This document shows positions 39,567 through 48,041 of a stretch of DNA of 64,000 bases, in pieces; the first letter of the stretch is position 1, and every line of letters starts with the position of its first letter. The stretch covers positions 13,906 through 77,905 of the forward strand of contig JANYJP010000118.1 of assembly GCA_025358455.1 (NCBI GenBank), written 5' to 3'. The notes under the pieces were generated by a model, which made no database searches, was not told the origin of the DNA, and was given only the letters and a program-made list of their open reading frames with translations. The DNA is from Bacteroidales bacterium (GTDB taxonomy: Bacteria; Bacteroidota; Bacteroidia; Bacteroidales; VadinHA17). A program made the translations under genes and the position numbers.

Positions 39567-40841
39567 TTAACCTGCTGTGACTTCGTACAAGTCGTCGGTA
39601 TTGTAATACGTATTGGCCAGCAAAATTATTTCATCAGAATCAATTGTTTTAATCTTTTCAGCAAGTCGGAGGTAATAACTGCTATCCAGCCCGAATTCCC
39701 AGGCCGACCTGAAACTTTCTGCCAGTGCAAATGGCCCGTCAAACATTCTTAACATCTCACCGGCCATATAATTACGAACAACTTCCAGTTCTGCCTTGTT
39801 AACCGGTTCGCGTTGCAACAACCCTATCTCATTATAGATCTCATCTATGGCATTTTGGCAATTCTTCTTATTTACTTCGGTTGAGATTACTTTATAACCA
39901 GTAAGATCGAGCGAAGTAACTGAGGATCTTATCCCGTAGGTATAACCCTTTTCCTCGCGGATATTTTTCATTAAGCGGGAACCAAAATATCCTCCGAGAA
40001 TTGCGTCAAGAATTTTTAATCCCGGGTAATCAGGATGTCTTTTAGTGATAGTAGCCGACCCGATTCTGATAGCAGACTGTACTGTACCTGATTTATTAAT
40101 ATGGATTCTTTTTTTCTTTTCGCCCTTGAGTATATCTGTTGACTCTTCAGAGTATATTTTCTTCGGGGTTATATCTCCAAAGTACTGATTCAGAAGTTCA
40201 ACTGTATTCCCGGGAATCCTGCCTGAAACTATCACAGCCATATTCTCAGGTGTATAATATTTTGTGTGGAAATCCATTAGAAGAGCAGGATTTAAATTGT
40301 TAAAGTCATGCTCAGTCAACTGATATCCGTACGGATGACGCTTTCCAAATACTGATTCAAAAAACTGGTCCATCGCCAGGTTTTGAACTTTTTCCCTGTT
40401 TACGAGGTACCAGCGCAGCCTTTTTTTCATTAGTGAATTTAACTCTGTTTCCGGAAAAACAGGGCGGAACATTATTTCCCTGCTAAGTTCCAGTACTTTG
40501 TCAAGATGCTTATTTAAGAAAAATAGTACGATACCTGCACGATCTTTTTCTGCTGACATATTAAGGAAGACCCCATAATAATCCAAAATTCTGTTGAGTT
40601 CTTCAGATGTGTAATTCATCGATCCTTCTGAAAGCATCATATTAGTGGTCGAGGCAAGCATTGGTAAATACTCATTTACCTGTCCGGCCCTGAAAGTAAA
40701 CTCCATTCGAATTATATCCTCAGTACCGGATTGAATCAGAAAGACCGGTACTTCATTGTTTAGCCTGAATGAGGCAGCCTCAGGAATAACTAACTTTTCA
40801 ATGGGAAATACTGGTGGTTGAACTCTTTGAAGACTATCCAT
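39567..40841 (-). CDS. M16-family peptidase-like protein (inactive-type partner subunit)
   Basis: 424 aa insulinase fold. No HxxEH motif seen. Shares one boundary nucleotide with the upstream M16 gene. Confidence 0.8.
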   Translation of the reverse strand: MDSLQRVQPPVFPIEKLVIPEAASFRLNNEVPVFLIQSGTEDIIRMEFTFRAGQVNEYLPMLASTTNMMLSEGSMNYTSEELNRILDYYGVFLNMSAEKDRAGIVLFFLNKHLDKVLELSREIMFRPVFPETELNSLMKKRLRWYLVNREKVQNLAMDQFFESVFGKRHPYGYQLTEHDFNNLNPALLMDFHTKYYTPENMAVIVSGRIPGNTVELLNQYFGDITPKKIYSEESTDILKGEKKKRIHINKSGTVQSAIRIGSATITKRHPDYPGLKILDAILGGYFGSRLMKNIREEKGYTYGIRSSVTSLDLTGYKVISTEVNKKNCQNAIDEIYNEIGLLQREPVNKAELEVVRNYMAGEMLRMFDGPFALAESFRSAWEFGLDSSYYLRLAEKIKTIDSDEIILLANTYYNTDDLYEVTAG

Positions 40842-42088
40842 TACTTATCCTTACGTGTTGATTTATAATATAATGTACAACAATTTGCAGGAACGAAATA
40901 CTTATTTGCTGACTCAACTACCATTTCCCTGGTCACCTTTACGTACGCGTCAGTCTCCATGTTGATCAATCCCGGATCACCAAGAAGTTCATAAAATGAC
41001 AGATTCGCAGCCTTGTTCATAATATTGGTATTGGAAAAAACCGTTGAGGCTTCAAATTTATTCTTGACTTTCTCCATTTCATCTTTAATAACTGTACCAT
41101 TTTTTAAGCTTTCGATTACCTTATTTATGGCTTCTTCAGCATAATAGATATCAACATCTTTCATCAGCTTTCCATGGACAATAATAAGTCCGGGGTCAAT
41201 ATCTGAGGTGATGTATGCATTTATTTCACTGAATAGTTTCATTTCTCTAACCAGCCTGGTATGTAATCTTCCCGATTCTCCGCCTGCAAGAAGATCGGTG
41301 ATCAGGTCAATAGTGTAAAAATCAGTACTCAACCGGGGGCCCGTATGCCATACTTTGTAAATTGCTTCAGATGGAACATCCTTTTCAATTATTAGTTTTC
41401 TTTCCTCGTCCTGGGGTGGTTCAACCGGAAGCTTTCTTGATTTCAGTATTCTCTTTTCGATCGGTCCAAACCATTTACTGGTGAGGCTAAAGGCCTTTTC
41501 GTGAGTAATGTTCCCTGTGAGAGCAAGTATTGCGTTATTTGGGGCATAATGAGCAAAGAAAAATCGCTTAACCTGCTCAAGATCAGTTTTTTCAATATGA
41601 GATATATCCATTCCGATAGTAGGCCATCTGTAAGGATGTACTTTATAGGCGAGTGGTCTGAGTTTTAATATTGCATCTCCGTAAGGTTGATTAAGATACC
41701 TCTGGTTAAATTCTTCAATTACAACACTTCTCTGGGTGTCGAGATTTTTTTGTGAAAAATCAAGTTCAAGCATCCGGTCCGATTCAAGCCAGAATCCTGT
41801 TTCTATATTATCTGATGGAATTGTTAGATAATAATTGGTAATATCGTTATTTGTAAATGCATTATTTTCTCCCCCCACCAATTGAAGAGGTAAATCATAG
41901 TCTGGAACATTAACTGATCCTCCGAACATAAGATGTTCAAACAGGTGTGCCAGACCTGTCATTTCAGGATCTTCATCCCTGGAACCGACATCATACAGGA
42001 TATTCATTGAGATAAGAGGAGTCGATTTATCTTCATGTACCAGAACCCTTAAACCGTTATCAAGTGTGAATCTGCTGAAATTTATCAT
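40841..42088 (-). CDS. M16-family zinc peptidase (insulinase/pitrilysin type)
   Basis: Inverted zinc motif HLFEHLMFGG (HxxEH) near the N-terminus. 415 aa. Confidence 0.85.
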   Translation of the reverse strand: MINFSRFTLDNGLRVLVHEDKSTPLISMNILYDVGSRDEDPEMTGLAHLFEHLMFGGSVNVPDYDLPLQLVGGENNAFTNNDITNYYLTIPSDNIETGFWLESDRMLELDFSQKNLDTQRSVVIEEFNQRYLNQPYGDAILKLRPLAYKVHPYRWPTIGMDISHIEKTDLEQVKRFFFAHYAPNNAILALTGNITHEKAFSLTSKWFGPIEKRILKSRKLPVEPPQDEERKLIIEKDVPSEAIYKVWHTGPRLSTDFYTIDLITDLLAGGESGRLHTRLVREMKLFSEINAYITSDIDPGLIIVHGKLMKDVDIYYAEEAINKVIESLKNGTVIKDEMEKVKNKFEASTVFSNTNIMNKAANLSFYELLGDPGLINMETDAYVKVTREMVVESANKYFVPANCCTLYYKSTRKDK

Positions 42089-42187
42089 ACCCTTATATCA
42101 AATTATAACTTACCGCAAAATACCTGCTAATGAATATTAACATGAGACAAACTTATATAAAAAACAGTGAAGGATTGGTATTGTTTT

Positions 42188-42195
42188 TATATTTG
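42188..42195 (+). promoter_or_regulatory. -7 box TATATTTG for the ClC gene
   Basis: Exact TAnnTTTG 7 nt upstream of ATG 42203. It lies inside the over-extended GTG-started track ORF. Confidence 0.45.
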
Positions 42196-42202
42196 CATAA
42201 TT

Positions 42203-43978
42203 ATGTTCAGAAATAGTTTTTTCAAAAGAATATTTCACAAAAGCGTTATTGAGATTGATCAGGTTAAGTTAGTCTACATTCTTAGTCTGGTAGTCGGATT
42301 ACTAAGTGCTGTGGCTGCAGCGCTTCTTAAGAATGCAATTCATTATTTTCATCAGTTACTTGCAGGGGGAATATTAATAAAATCAGGCAGTTATCTCTTT
42401 CTTGTATATCCGCTTATCGGTATGCTGCTGACACTGTTATTTGTTAAGTTTATTATAAAGGATAACATAGGGCATGGTATAAGCAGGATATTATATGCAA
42501 TATCGAAAAAAAGAAGCTACTTAAAGGCGCACAATACCTGGAGTTCTATTGTTGCGAGCACTCTTACTATAGGTTTCGGTGGTTCCGTAGGTGCTGAGGC
42601 TCCAATCGTATTAACAGGTTCTTCCATTGGTTCTGCTGTTGGAAGATTTTTTAAACTGAATTATAAAAACATCACTCTTCTTGTTGGGTGTGGTGCTGCT
42701 GGTGCCGTTTCAGGGATTTTTAAGGCTCCGATTACCGGAATACTTTTCACACTCGAAATACTGATGCTCGATCTGACGATGTCATCTATTGTTCCTTTAC
42801 TTATTTCCTCTGTTACAGCTGCAACTGTTGCCTATTTCCTGATGGGCAATAAAGTATTATTCACTTTTACTATAGTCGGAGCATTTAATCTTTCCAATAT
42901 ACCATGGTATGTTCTGCTTGGAATCATATCAGGAATGATATCACTTTATTTTTCAAAGATGACTCTCTTTCTTGAAGGCAGTTATGAGAAGATAAAGAAC
43001 ATTTATTTACGTCTGATTTTGGGAGGGATAATACTTGGCGGTTTGATTTATCTCTTTCCTCCATTTTATGGTGAGGGTTATGATACCATTATGGCTCTTC
43101 TCCAGGGTAATGCTGATTCTGTTTTCAGCAGCTCAGTTCTTGGCCGGTTCTCAGATAATTTTCTGGTGATTATACTATTCTCGGCTGGACTTATTCTGCT
43201 GAAGGTTGTAGCAAGCAGCTCCACAAATGGGGCAGGAGGAGTAGGAGGAATTTTTGCACCAACTTTGTTTCTCGGAGGTATTAACGGATTCCTTGTTGCC
43301 GGTATGCTACGAAAATTCGCAAATGTCGACCTCCCTGATAACAGATTTGTGCTTGTTGGTATGGCTGGAATGATGGCCGGAGTGATGCATGCTCCTCTTA
43401 CTGCTATTTTCCTTATTGCTGAAATCACGGGCGGTTATAGCCTTCTGATTCCGCTCATTATTACAGCCACTGTTGCATTTATTACAACCCGAAGTTTCGA
43501 AAAGCATTCAATATATCATGTTCAGCTTGCAGAAAAAGGAGAATTGATAACTCATGACAAAGATAAAGCAGTGATGGCTGTTATGGATTGGAAAAAAGAG
43601 ATAGAGACAGATCTTCTAAAAGTAAAAAAAACAGATAATTTGGGTGATTTAGTCAGGATAATATCAAAATCCAATAGGAATATTTACCCGGTTGTAGACG
43701 AGTATAATATCCTTGAAGGCGTTGTTTCCCTTGATGATGTCAGGGAAATAATGTTCAGGCATGAATTATATGAAACAACTTTTGTGAAGGATCTTATGAC
43801 CATTCCCACATCTTATATTGATAAGAAGGAGAATATAGAAACAGTAATGGAAACCTTCAGGATAACAGGTTCCTGGAACCTGCCTGTCATGGATAATGGT
43901 TATTATGTGGGTTTTATTTCCAAATCAGGTATTTATGCCGCTTACCGGGAGTTACTTATTGAGTTTTCGGAAGAATAA
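42203..43978 (+). CDS. ClC-family chloride channel/antiporter with C-terminal CBS pair
   Basis: GSVGAEAP and GIFAPTLFLGG selectivity motifs. Two CBS-like segments at the C-terminus. I moved the start from GTG 42167 to ATG 42203 (MFRNSFF) because of the promoter box. Confidence 0.85.
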   Translation: MFRNSFFKRIFHKSVIEIDQVKLVYILSLVVGLLSAVAAALLKNAIHYFHQLLAGGILIKSGSYLFLVYPLIGMLLTLLFVKFIIKDNIGHGISRILYAISKKRSYLKAHNTWSSIVASTLTIGFGGSVGAEAPIVLTGSSIGSAVGRFFKLNYKNITLLVGCGAAGAVSGIFKAPITGILFTLEILMLDLTMSSIVPLLISSVTAATVAYFLMGNKVLFTFTIVGAFNLSNIPWYVLLGIISGMISLYFSKMTLFLEGSYEKIKNIYLRLILGGIILGGLIYLFPPFYGEGYDTIMALLQGNADSVFSSSVLGRFSDNFLVIILFSAGLILLKVVASSSTNGAGGVGGIFAPTLFLGGINGFLVAGMLRKFANVDLPDNRFVLVGMAGMMAGVMHAPLTAIFLIAEITGGYSLLIPLIITATVAFITTRSFEKHSIYHVQLAEKGELITHDKDKAVMAVMDWKKEIETDLLKVKKTDNLGDLVRIISKSNRNIYPVVDEYNILEGVVSLDDVREIMFRHELYETTFVKDLMTIPTSYIDKKENIETVMETFRITGSWNLPVMDNGYYVGFISKSGIYAAYRELLIEFSEE

Positions 43979-43999
43979 CAGTTTTAAAATTTATATACA

Positions 44000-45280
44000 A
44001 TGAAAAGAGATACAGTGATATTTGACCTTATTGAAAAGGAGCGTCAGCGTCAGATAAACGGAATAGAATTAATTGCTTCAGAAAATTTTGTAAGTACACA
44101 GGTGCTTGAATCAATGGGATCAGTAATGACTAATAAGTATGCTGAAGGTTATCCAGGGAACCGTTATTATGGTGGTTGCGAAATTGTTGATCAGTCGGAA
44201 CTGATAGCGATTGACAGGCTTAAACAACTGTTTGATGCTGAATATGCAAATGTACAGCCTCATTCAGGAGCCCAGGCAAACATGTCAGTGTTTTTGACTG
44301 TACTAAAACCAGGTGATATATTTATGGGATTAAACCTTGCTCACGGCGGTCATCTTTCTCACGGATCACCGGTCAATTCATCGGGGTTATATTACAAACC
44401 TGTAGCCTACAGTGTTAAAGAGGAAAACGGGCTTGTCGATTATGATATGATGGAAGAGACAGCTCTGAAAGAGAGGCCAAAAATGATTATCGGAGGGGCA
44501 TCGGCATATTCGCGTGAATGGGATTATGCGAGAATGAGAAAGATTGCCGACAGTATAGGCGCTATCTTAATGGTTGACATGGCTCATCCGGCAGGATTGA
44601 TAGCAGCAGGACTTCTGAAAAATCCACTCAAATATGCCCATATAGTTACTTCAACTACTCATAAAACACTCAGAGGCCCAAGAGGAGGAATAATCCTGAT
44701 GGGTAAGGATTTTGTTAATCCATGGGGTATTACCACGCCAAAAGGTGAAGTCAGAATGATGTCATCACTTCTTAATTCAGCAGTATTCCCCGGAATACAG
44801 GGAGGTCCTCTTGAGCATGTAATTGCTTCCAAAGCAGTATCATTCGGTGAAGCTTTAACTCCTGAATTCAGGGAATACCAGGGAAGAGTTAAGAAAAACG
44901 CTTTAGTAATGGCGAAAGCATTTATTGATAAGGGTTATAAAGTTATTTCGGATGGCACAGACAACCACCTTATGCTGATAGATCTTAGAACTAAATTTCC
45001 TGATATATCAGGAAAAAAAGCTGAAAATACACTAGGTCGCTCCCATATTACAGTAAATAAGAATATGGTTCCGTTCGATAGCCGTTCGCCGTTCCTGACA
45101 TCAGGATTGAGGGTCGGAACTCCGGCAATTACTACCAGGGGTCTGAGTGAAAATCATATGGGGGTAATAGTTGAACTTATTGATGAAGTTATTTCAAATA
45201 TTGAGAATGAAGCCGTTATTAATAAAGTTGGTGAAAAAGTTATTGATATGATGAAATCTTTTCCTCTCTTTTCAATGTAA
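44000..45280 (+). CDS. glyA: Serine hydroxymethyltransferase
   Basis: IELIASENF, the [17 protein letters not shown]-lysine motif, 426 aa. Confidence 0.95.
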   Translation: MKRDTVIFDLIEKERQRQINGIELIASENFVSTQVLESMGSVMTNKYAEGYPGNRYYGGCEIVDQSELIAIDRLKQLFDAEYANVQPHSGAQANMSVFLTVLKPGDIFMGLNLAHGGHLSHGSPVNSSGLYYKPVAYSVKEENGLVDYDMMEETALKERPKMIIGGASAYSREWDYARMRKIADSIGAILMVDMAHPAGLIAAGLLKNPLKYAHIVTSTTHKTLRGPRGGIILMGKDFVNPWGITTPKGEVRMMSSLLNSAVFPGIQGGPLEHVIASKAVSFGEALTPEFREYQGRVKKNALVMAKAFIDKGYKVISDGTDNHLMLIDLRTKFPDISGKKAENTLGRSHITVNKNMVPFDSRSPFLTSGLRVGTPAITTRGLSENHMGVIVELIDEVISNIENEAVINKVGEKVIDMMKSFPLFSM

Positions 45281-45340
45281 TTGATTTGTTCAATTTTTTT
45301 ATTATAACTTTACATTTTGCGAAAAACAATTTTATTATCG

Positions 45341-45730
45341 ATGAATAACCAGAAGCTTATATTTATTGTTGATGACGATCCGTTTGTTAATATGTTGGTT
45401 GTTAAAAGATTTACATCAGATGGATACAAACTTGAAGCATTTGCATATGGAGAAGATTGCCTCAAGGCCTTAAACAAGAATCCTGACCTTATCATTCTCG
45501 ACTATTTCTTTGTTAATAAGGACCGAAAAGTAATGAATGGGATGGAGGTATTTGATAAAATAAAGGAGGTAAAACAAGATCTTCCCGTAATAATGCTTTC
45601 GGGTCAGGAGAAAGGAGAAATAGTCCTTGAACTTGCAAGAAAGGGAATAGATGATTACATCATAAAGGATAATAATCTAATTGATAATCTGCAGGTTGCT
45701 ATCAAAGAGCTCTTCGCGAGATCACAGTAA
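45341..45730 (+). CDS. Single-domain response regulator (CheY-like receiver)
   Basis: IFIVDDD ... LIILDY ... MLSGQ receiver motifs. Start moved to ATG 45341 (MNNQKL). The TTG at 45317 lies in a promoter-like TACATTTTG region. Confidence 0.8.
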   Translation: MNNQKLIFIVDDDPFVNMLVVKRFTSDGYKLEAFAYGEDCLKALNKNPDLIILDYFFVNKDRKVMNGMEVFDKIKEVKQDLPVIMLSGQEKGEIVLELARKGIDDYIIKDNNLIDNLQVAIKELFARSQ

Positions 45731-45765
45731 ACCTAATAACATTAAGAATAGGGCACTCCACATGA

Positions 45766-45795
45766 GGGACGGGTTGCAACCCGCCCCTTCTTTTT
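45766..45795 (+). terminator. Intrinsic terminator after the response-regulator gene
   Basis: GC-rich hairpin GGGACGGG / CCCGCCCC with one internal mismatch, loop TTGCAA, followed by TTCTTTTT. Confidence 0.55.
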
Positions 45796-45810
45796 AAACA
45801 TGCTAACAGC

Positions 45811-46704
45811 CTATTTAAGTATAAAATTATATGTGATTGTGCCCTTTTGAATGGAAGGTGCATCTGATTTTACCACAAAACGGGCCTCCATTGCTGCATC
45901 TTTAGCAACTTTAAGCAGATATTCATCGAGCGTGGTTGAACCTTTAATTCCGGGAACCGCCTGAATAACTTTGCCCTGCCTGTCTACGCTTACTTCAACA
46001 ACTACTTTTCCTTCCCCCTGATAATCATATTTTGGTGAAGGTAAGATCTGGGATCCTCTTCCCTGGAGATCATAGGAAATGCCTTTATCTCCCAGTCCGC
46101 CACCCTCTCCCCGTACTTTAGAGTTTATTGATCCGGTAGGTACACCCTGATTTCCTGCCCCACCTGCGATACCTTCCGATGTAGAACTGGTCCCCGCGTT
46201 TTTTGAATTAGCCAGGGCATTCTTTGTCCGGTTCATTATATCTGTCTGCCGTTGTTGTTCAGCCTCAATTCTTTTCCTCTCCGCTTCTTCCTGAGCTTTA
46301 ATGATCCTGTCTGCTTCTCTTTCTTCCCTTAATCTTTTAGCAGCGTCAGCCTTTTCACGTCTTTTCTTAGCAGCTTCAGGGTCAACTTTTTTAACCTCAG
46401 GTGCTTCTTCCGAGTTTTGTGTAAGAATGGGATCTTCCTCAACCTTTACTTTTGGTTGAGTAGCAGCCGGTGGAGATGTCTGTGACATGGTTGCAGGAGG
46501 GGAGGGCTCAATAAGTCCAAGTCCAGTCTCATCGGTCCCGAAATTTACAAGGATACCTTCTTCCTTCGCCGGAGTAGGAGGTACTTTGAAAGCTACAAAT
46601 ACCAGCAATAATAATATCACCAGATGTATTATTACCGATCCGGCAATCCCTTTCCTCCGTTCCGAAGGAAATTTGTGTAAGTCGTTATTTGGATGAGGTT
46701 GCAA
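45811..46704 (-). CDS. TonB/TolA-like energy transducer
   Basis: N-terminal TM anchor. Short Pro-rich stretch, then a long K/E/R/A-rich helical segment (EAAKKRREKADAAKRLREEREADRIIKAQEEAERKRIEAEQQRQ). TonB_C-like C-terminus (GEGKVVVEVSVDRQGKVIQA...). Confidence 0.7.
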   Translation of the reverse strand: MQPHPNNDLHKFPSERRKGIAGSVIIHLVILLLLVFVAFKVPPTPAKEEGILVNFGTDETGLGLIEPSPPATMSQTSPPAATQPKVKVEEDPILTQNSEEAPEVKKVDPEAAKKRREKADAAKRLREEREADRIIKAQEEAERKRIEAEQQRQTDIMNRTKNALANSKNAGTSSTSEGIAGGAGNQGVPTGSINSKVRGEGGGLGDKGISYDLQGRGSQILPSPKYDYQGEGKVVVEVSVDRQGKVIQAVPGIKGSTTLDEYLLKVAKDAAMEARFVVKSDAPSIQKGTITYNFILK

Positions 46705-47089
46705 TTATAAGTTTATAATTATTTGATTGAGCAATATTAAGAACTTTCACAACATTTTCAAAAGGAACACTTTTATCGGCATGAAGAGCTATATACGTAT
46801 CAGGCTTATCTCCGAGTTTTTGTTTTAGTACAGCCTCAAGATCATCTATACTAACCGACTGCTGTTCAACAAAATATTTAAGATCGCTGGTTATTGAAAC
46901 GGAAGTCAGTGGTTTCGCTGATGTTTGTGTGCTCCCCTTTGGCAGCAACAGTTTTATTGCAGATGGATGGACCAGAGTTGACGTTAACATGAAGAAAATA
47001 AGAAGGTTAAAGACCACATCAGTCATCCCAACCGAACTAAAGTTTACGCTTATTTTATTTCTTTGGGAAATTGCCATTTTGCCGATCAT
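46685..47089 (-). CDS. exbD: ExbD/TolR-family biopolymer transport protein
   Basis: Single TM helix with the conserved acidic residue (MTDVVFNLLIFFM). 134 aa. The real start is probably ATG at 47077 (MAISQRNK). Confidence 0.8.
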   Translation of the reverse strand: MIGKMAISQRNKISVNFSSVGMTDVVFNLLIFFMLTSTLVHPSAIKLLLPKGSTQTSAKPLTSVSITSDLKYFVEQQSVSIDDLEAVLKQKLGDKPDTYIALHADKSVPFENVVKVLNIAQSNNYKLIIATSSK

Positions 47090-47771
47090 TTATTATAGGT
47101 TCATTCAAAATATCCATAAACTCAGTTGAAGTAGCCTCAAGATTGAATACTACTTTTTCGACCTTTACAACCAGGGTATTATACGCAAAATATCCTGTTA
47201 TACCTACAATTAGTCCTGCTACAGTAGTTATTAAAGCCGTATAGATGCCATCTGACATCATTGATACTTCAATATTGTTTCCGGCCTGAGACATGGCATA
47301 GAATGACTGCACCATCCCGATAACTGTTCCAAGAAAGCCCAGCATAGGTTCTGCCCCGGTTATGGTGGCAAGTGTTGGAAATCCCTTCTCAAGTTTTGAT
47401 ATCTCAAGTTTTCCGACATTCTCAATTGCAGTACCTATATCCTGCAGAGGTCTTCCGAGTCGGGTCATTCCTTTTTCGATCATCCTTGCCGACGGACTAT
47501 CTGTTAACTTGCAAAGGGCCAATGCTGCGTCAACCTTCCCTTCATGAATGTAGTCTCTTATCCTGTTCATGAAGTTGGCATCTTCGTTCGTTGCCTTCCT
47601 TATAACATAATATCTTTCAATAAATATGTAAGCTGCAACAAATGATAAAAGAATTATTGGTATCATAACCCACCCTCCTTTAATAGTCAGGTCAAGAAGA
47701 GTGAGTTTCATTGCACCTGCTTTTTCAACCGGAACAACAGTGTCCTGCAAAATGAACTGTAAATATGCCAT
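47055..47771 (-). CDS. exbB: MotA/TolQ/ExbB proton-channel protein
   Basis: Three TM helices. C-terminal LGFLGTVIGM...ALITTVAGL motif. Confidence 0.85.
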   Translation of the reverse strand: MAYLQFILQDTVVPVEKAGAMKLTLLDLTIKGGWVMIPIILLSFVAAYIFIERYYVIRKATNEDANFMNRIRDYIHEGKVDAALALCKLTDSPSARMIEKGMTRLGRPLQDIGTAIENVGKLEISKLEKGFPTLATITGAEPMLGFLGTVIGMVQSFYAMSQAGNNIEVSMMSDGIYTALITTVAGLIVGITGYFAYNTLVVKVEKVVFNLEATSTEFMDILNEPIINDRQNGNFPKK

Positions 47772-47963
47772 GATTATATTCAGATGATTATTTTTTAAAA
47801 CGTTTCTTCCAGATTATAATATGTACTTTACACCTGCGAAGGTATTAAAAAACGTAATAAACCCCTTTCTATTATCCTGAGGTTAATAACAATGATAAAA
47901 TAAATATTAACCAGGAAGATTTTAATTATGGTTGAAATTCCGAAATATGGTTTTTGGTACCTA

Positions 47964-47975
47964 TAGCTATCGGGA
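47964..47975. repeat. REP-like motif copy C (TAGCTATCGGGA)
   Basis: Exact 12-mer. Here ATCGGG also pairs with the downstream CCCGAT (47969-47989) to form a hairpin. Intergenic, 3' of tamB and 5' of exbB. Confidence 0.8.
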
Positions 47976-48041
47976 GTTTATTCCCCGATTTTAGTCACAG
48001 ATTGCAAGAATGTTAATTCGTTATCTACAATCCAAAATATG

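Noticed and set aside
42167-42202. Track start codons GTG 42167 (ClC), TTG 45317 (response regulator), GTG 58746 (methyltransferase) and TTG 55368 (DUF1987).
   Set aside because: Each extension covers a promoter-like TAnnTTTG or AT-rich region and adds non-conserved residues. The first in-frame ATG gives the family-typical N-terminus.
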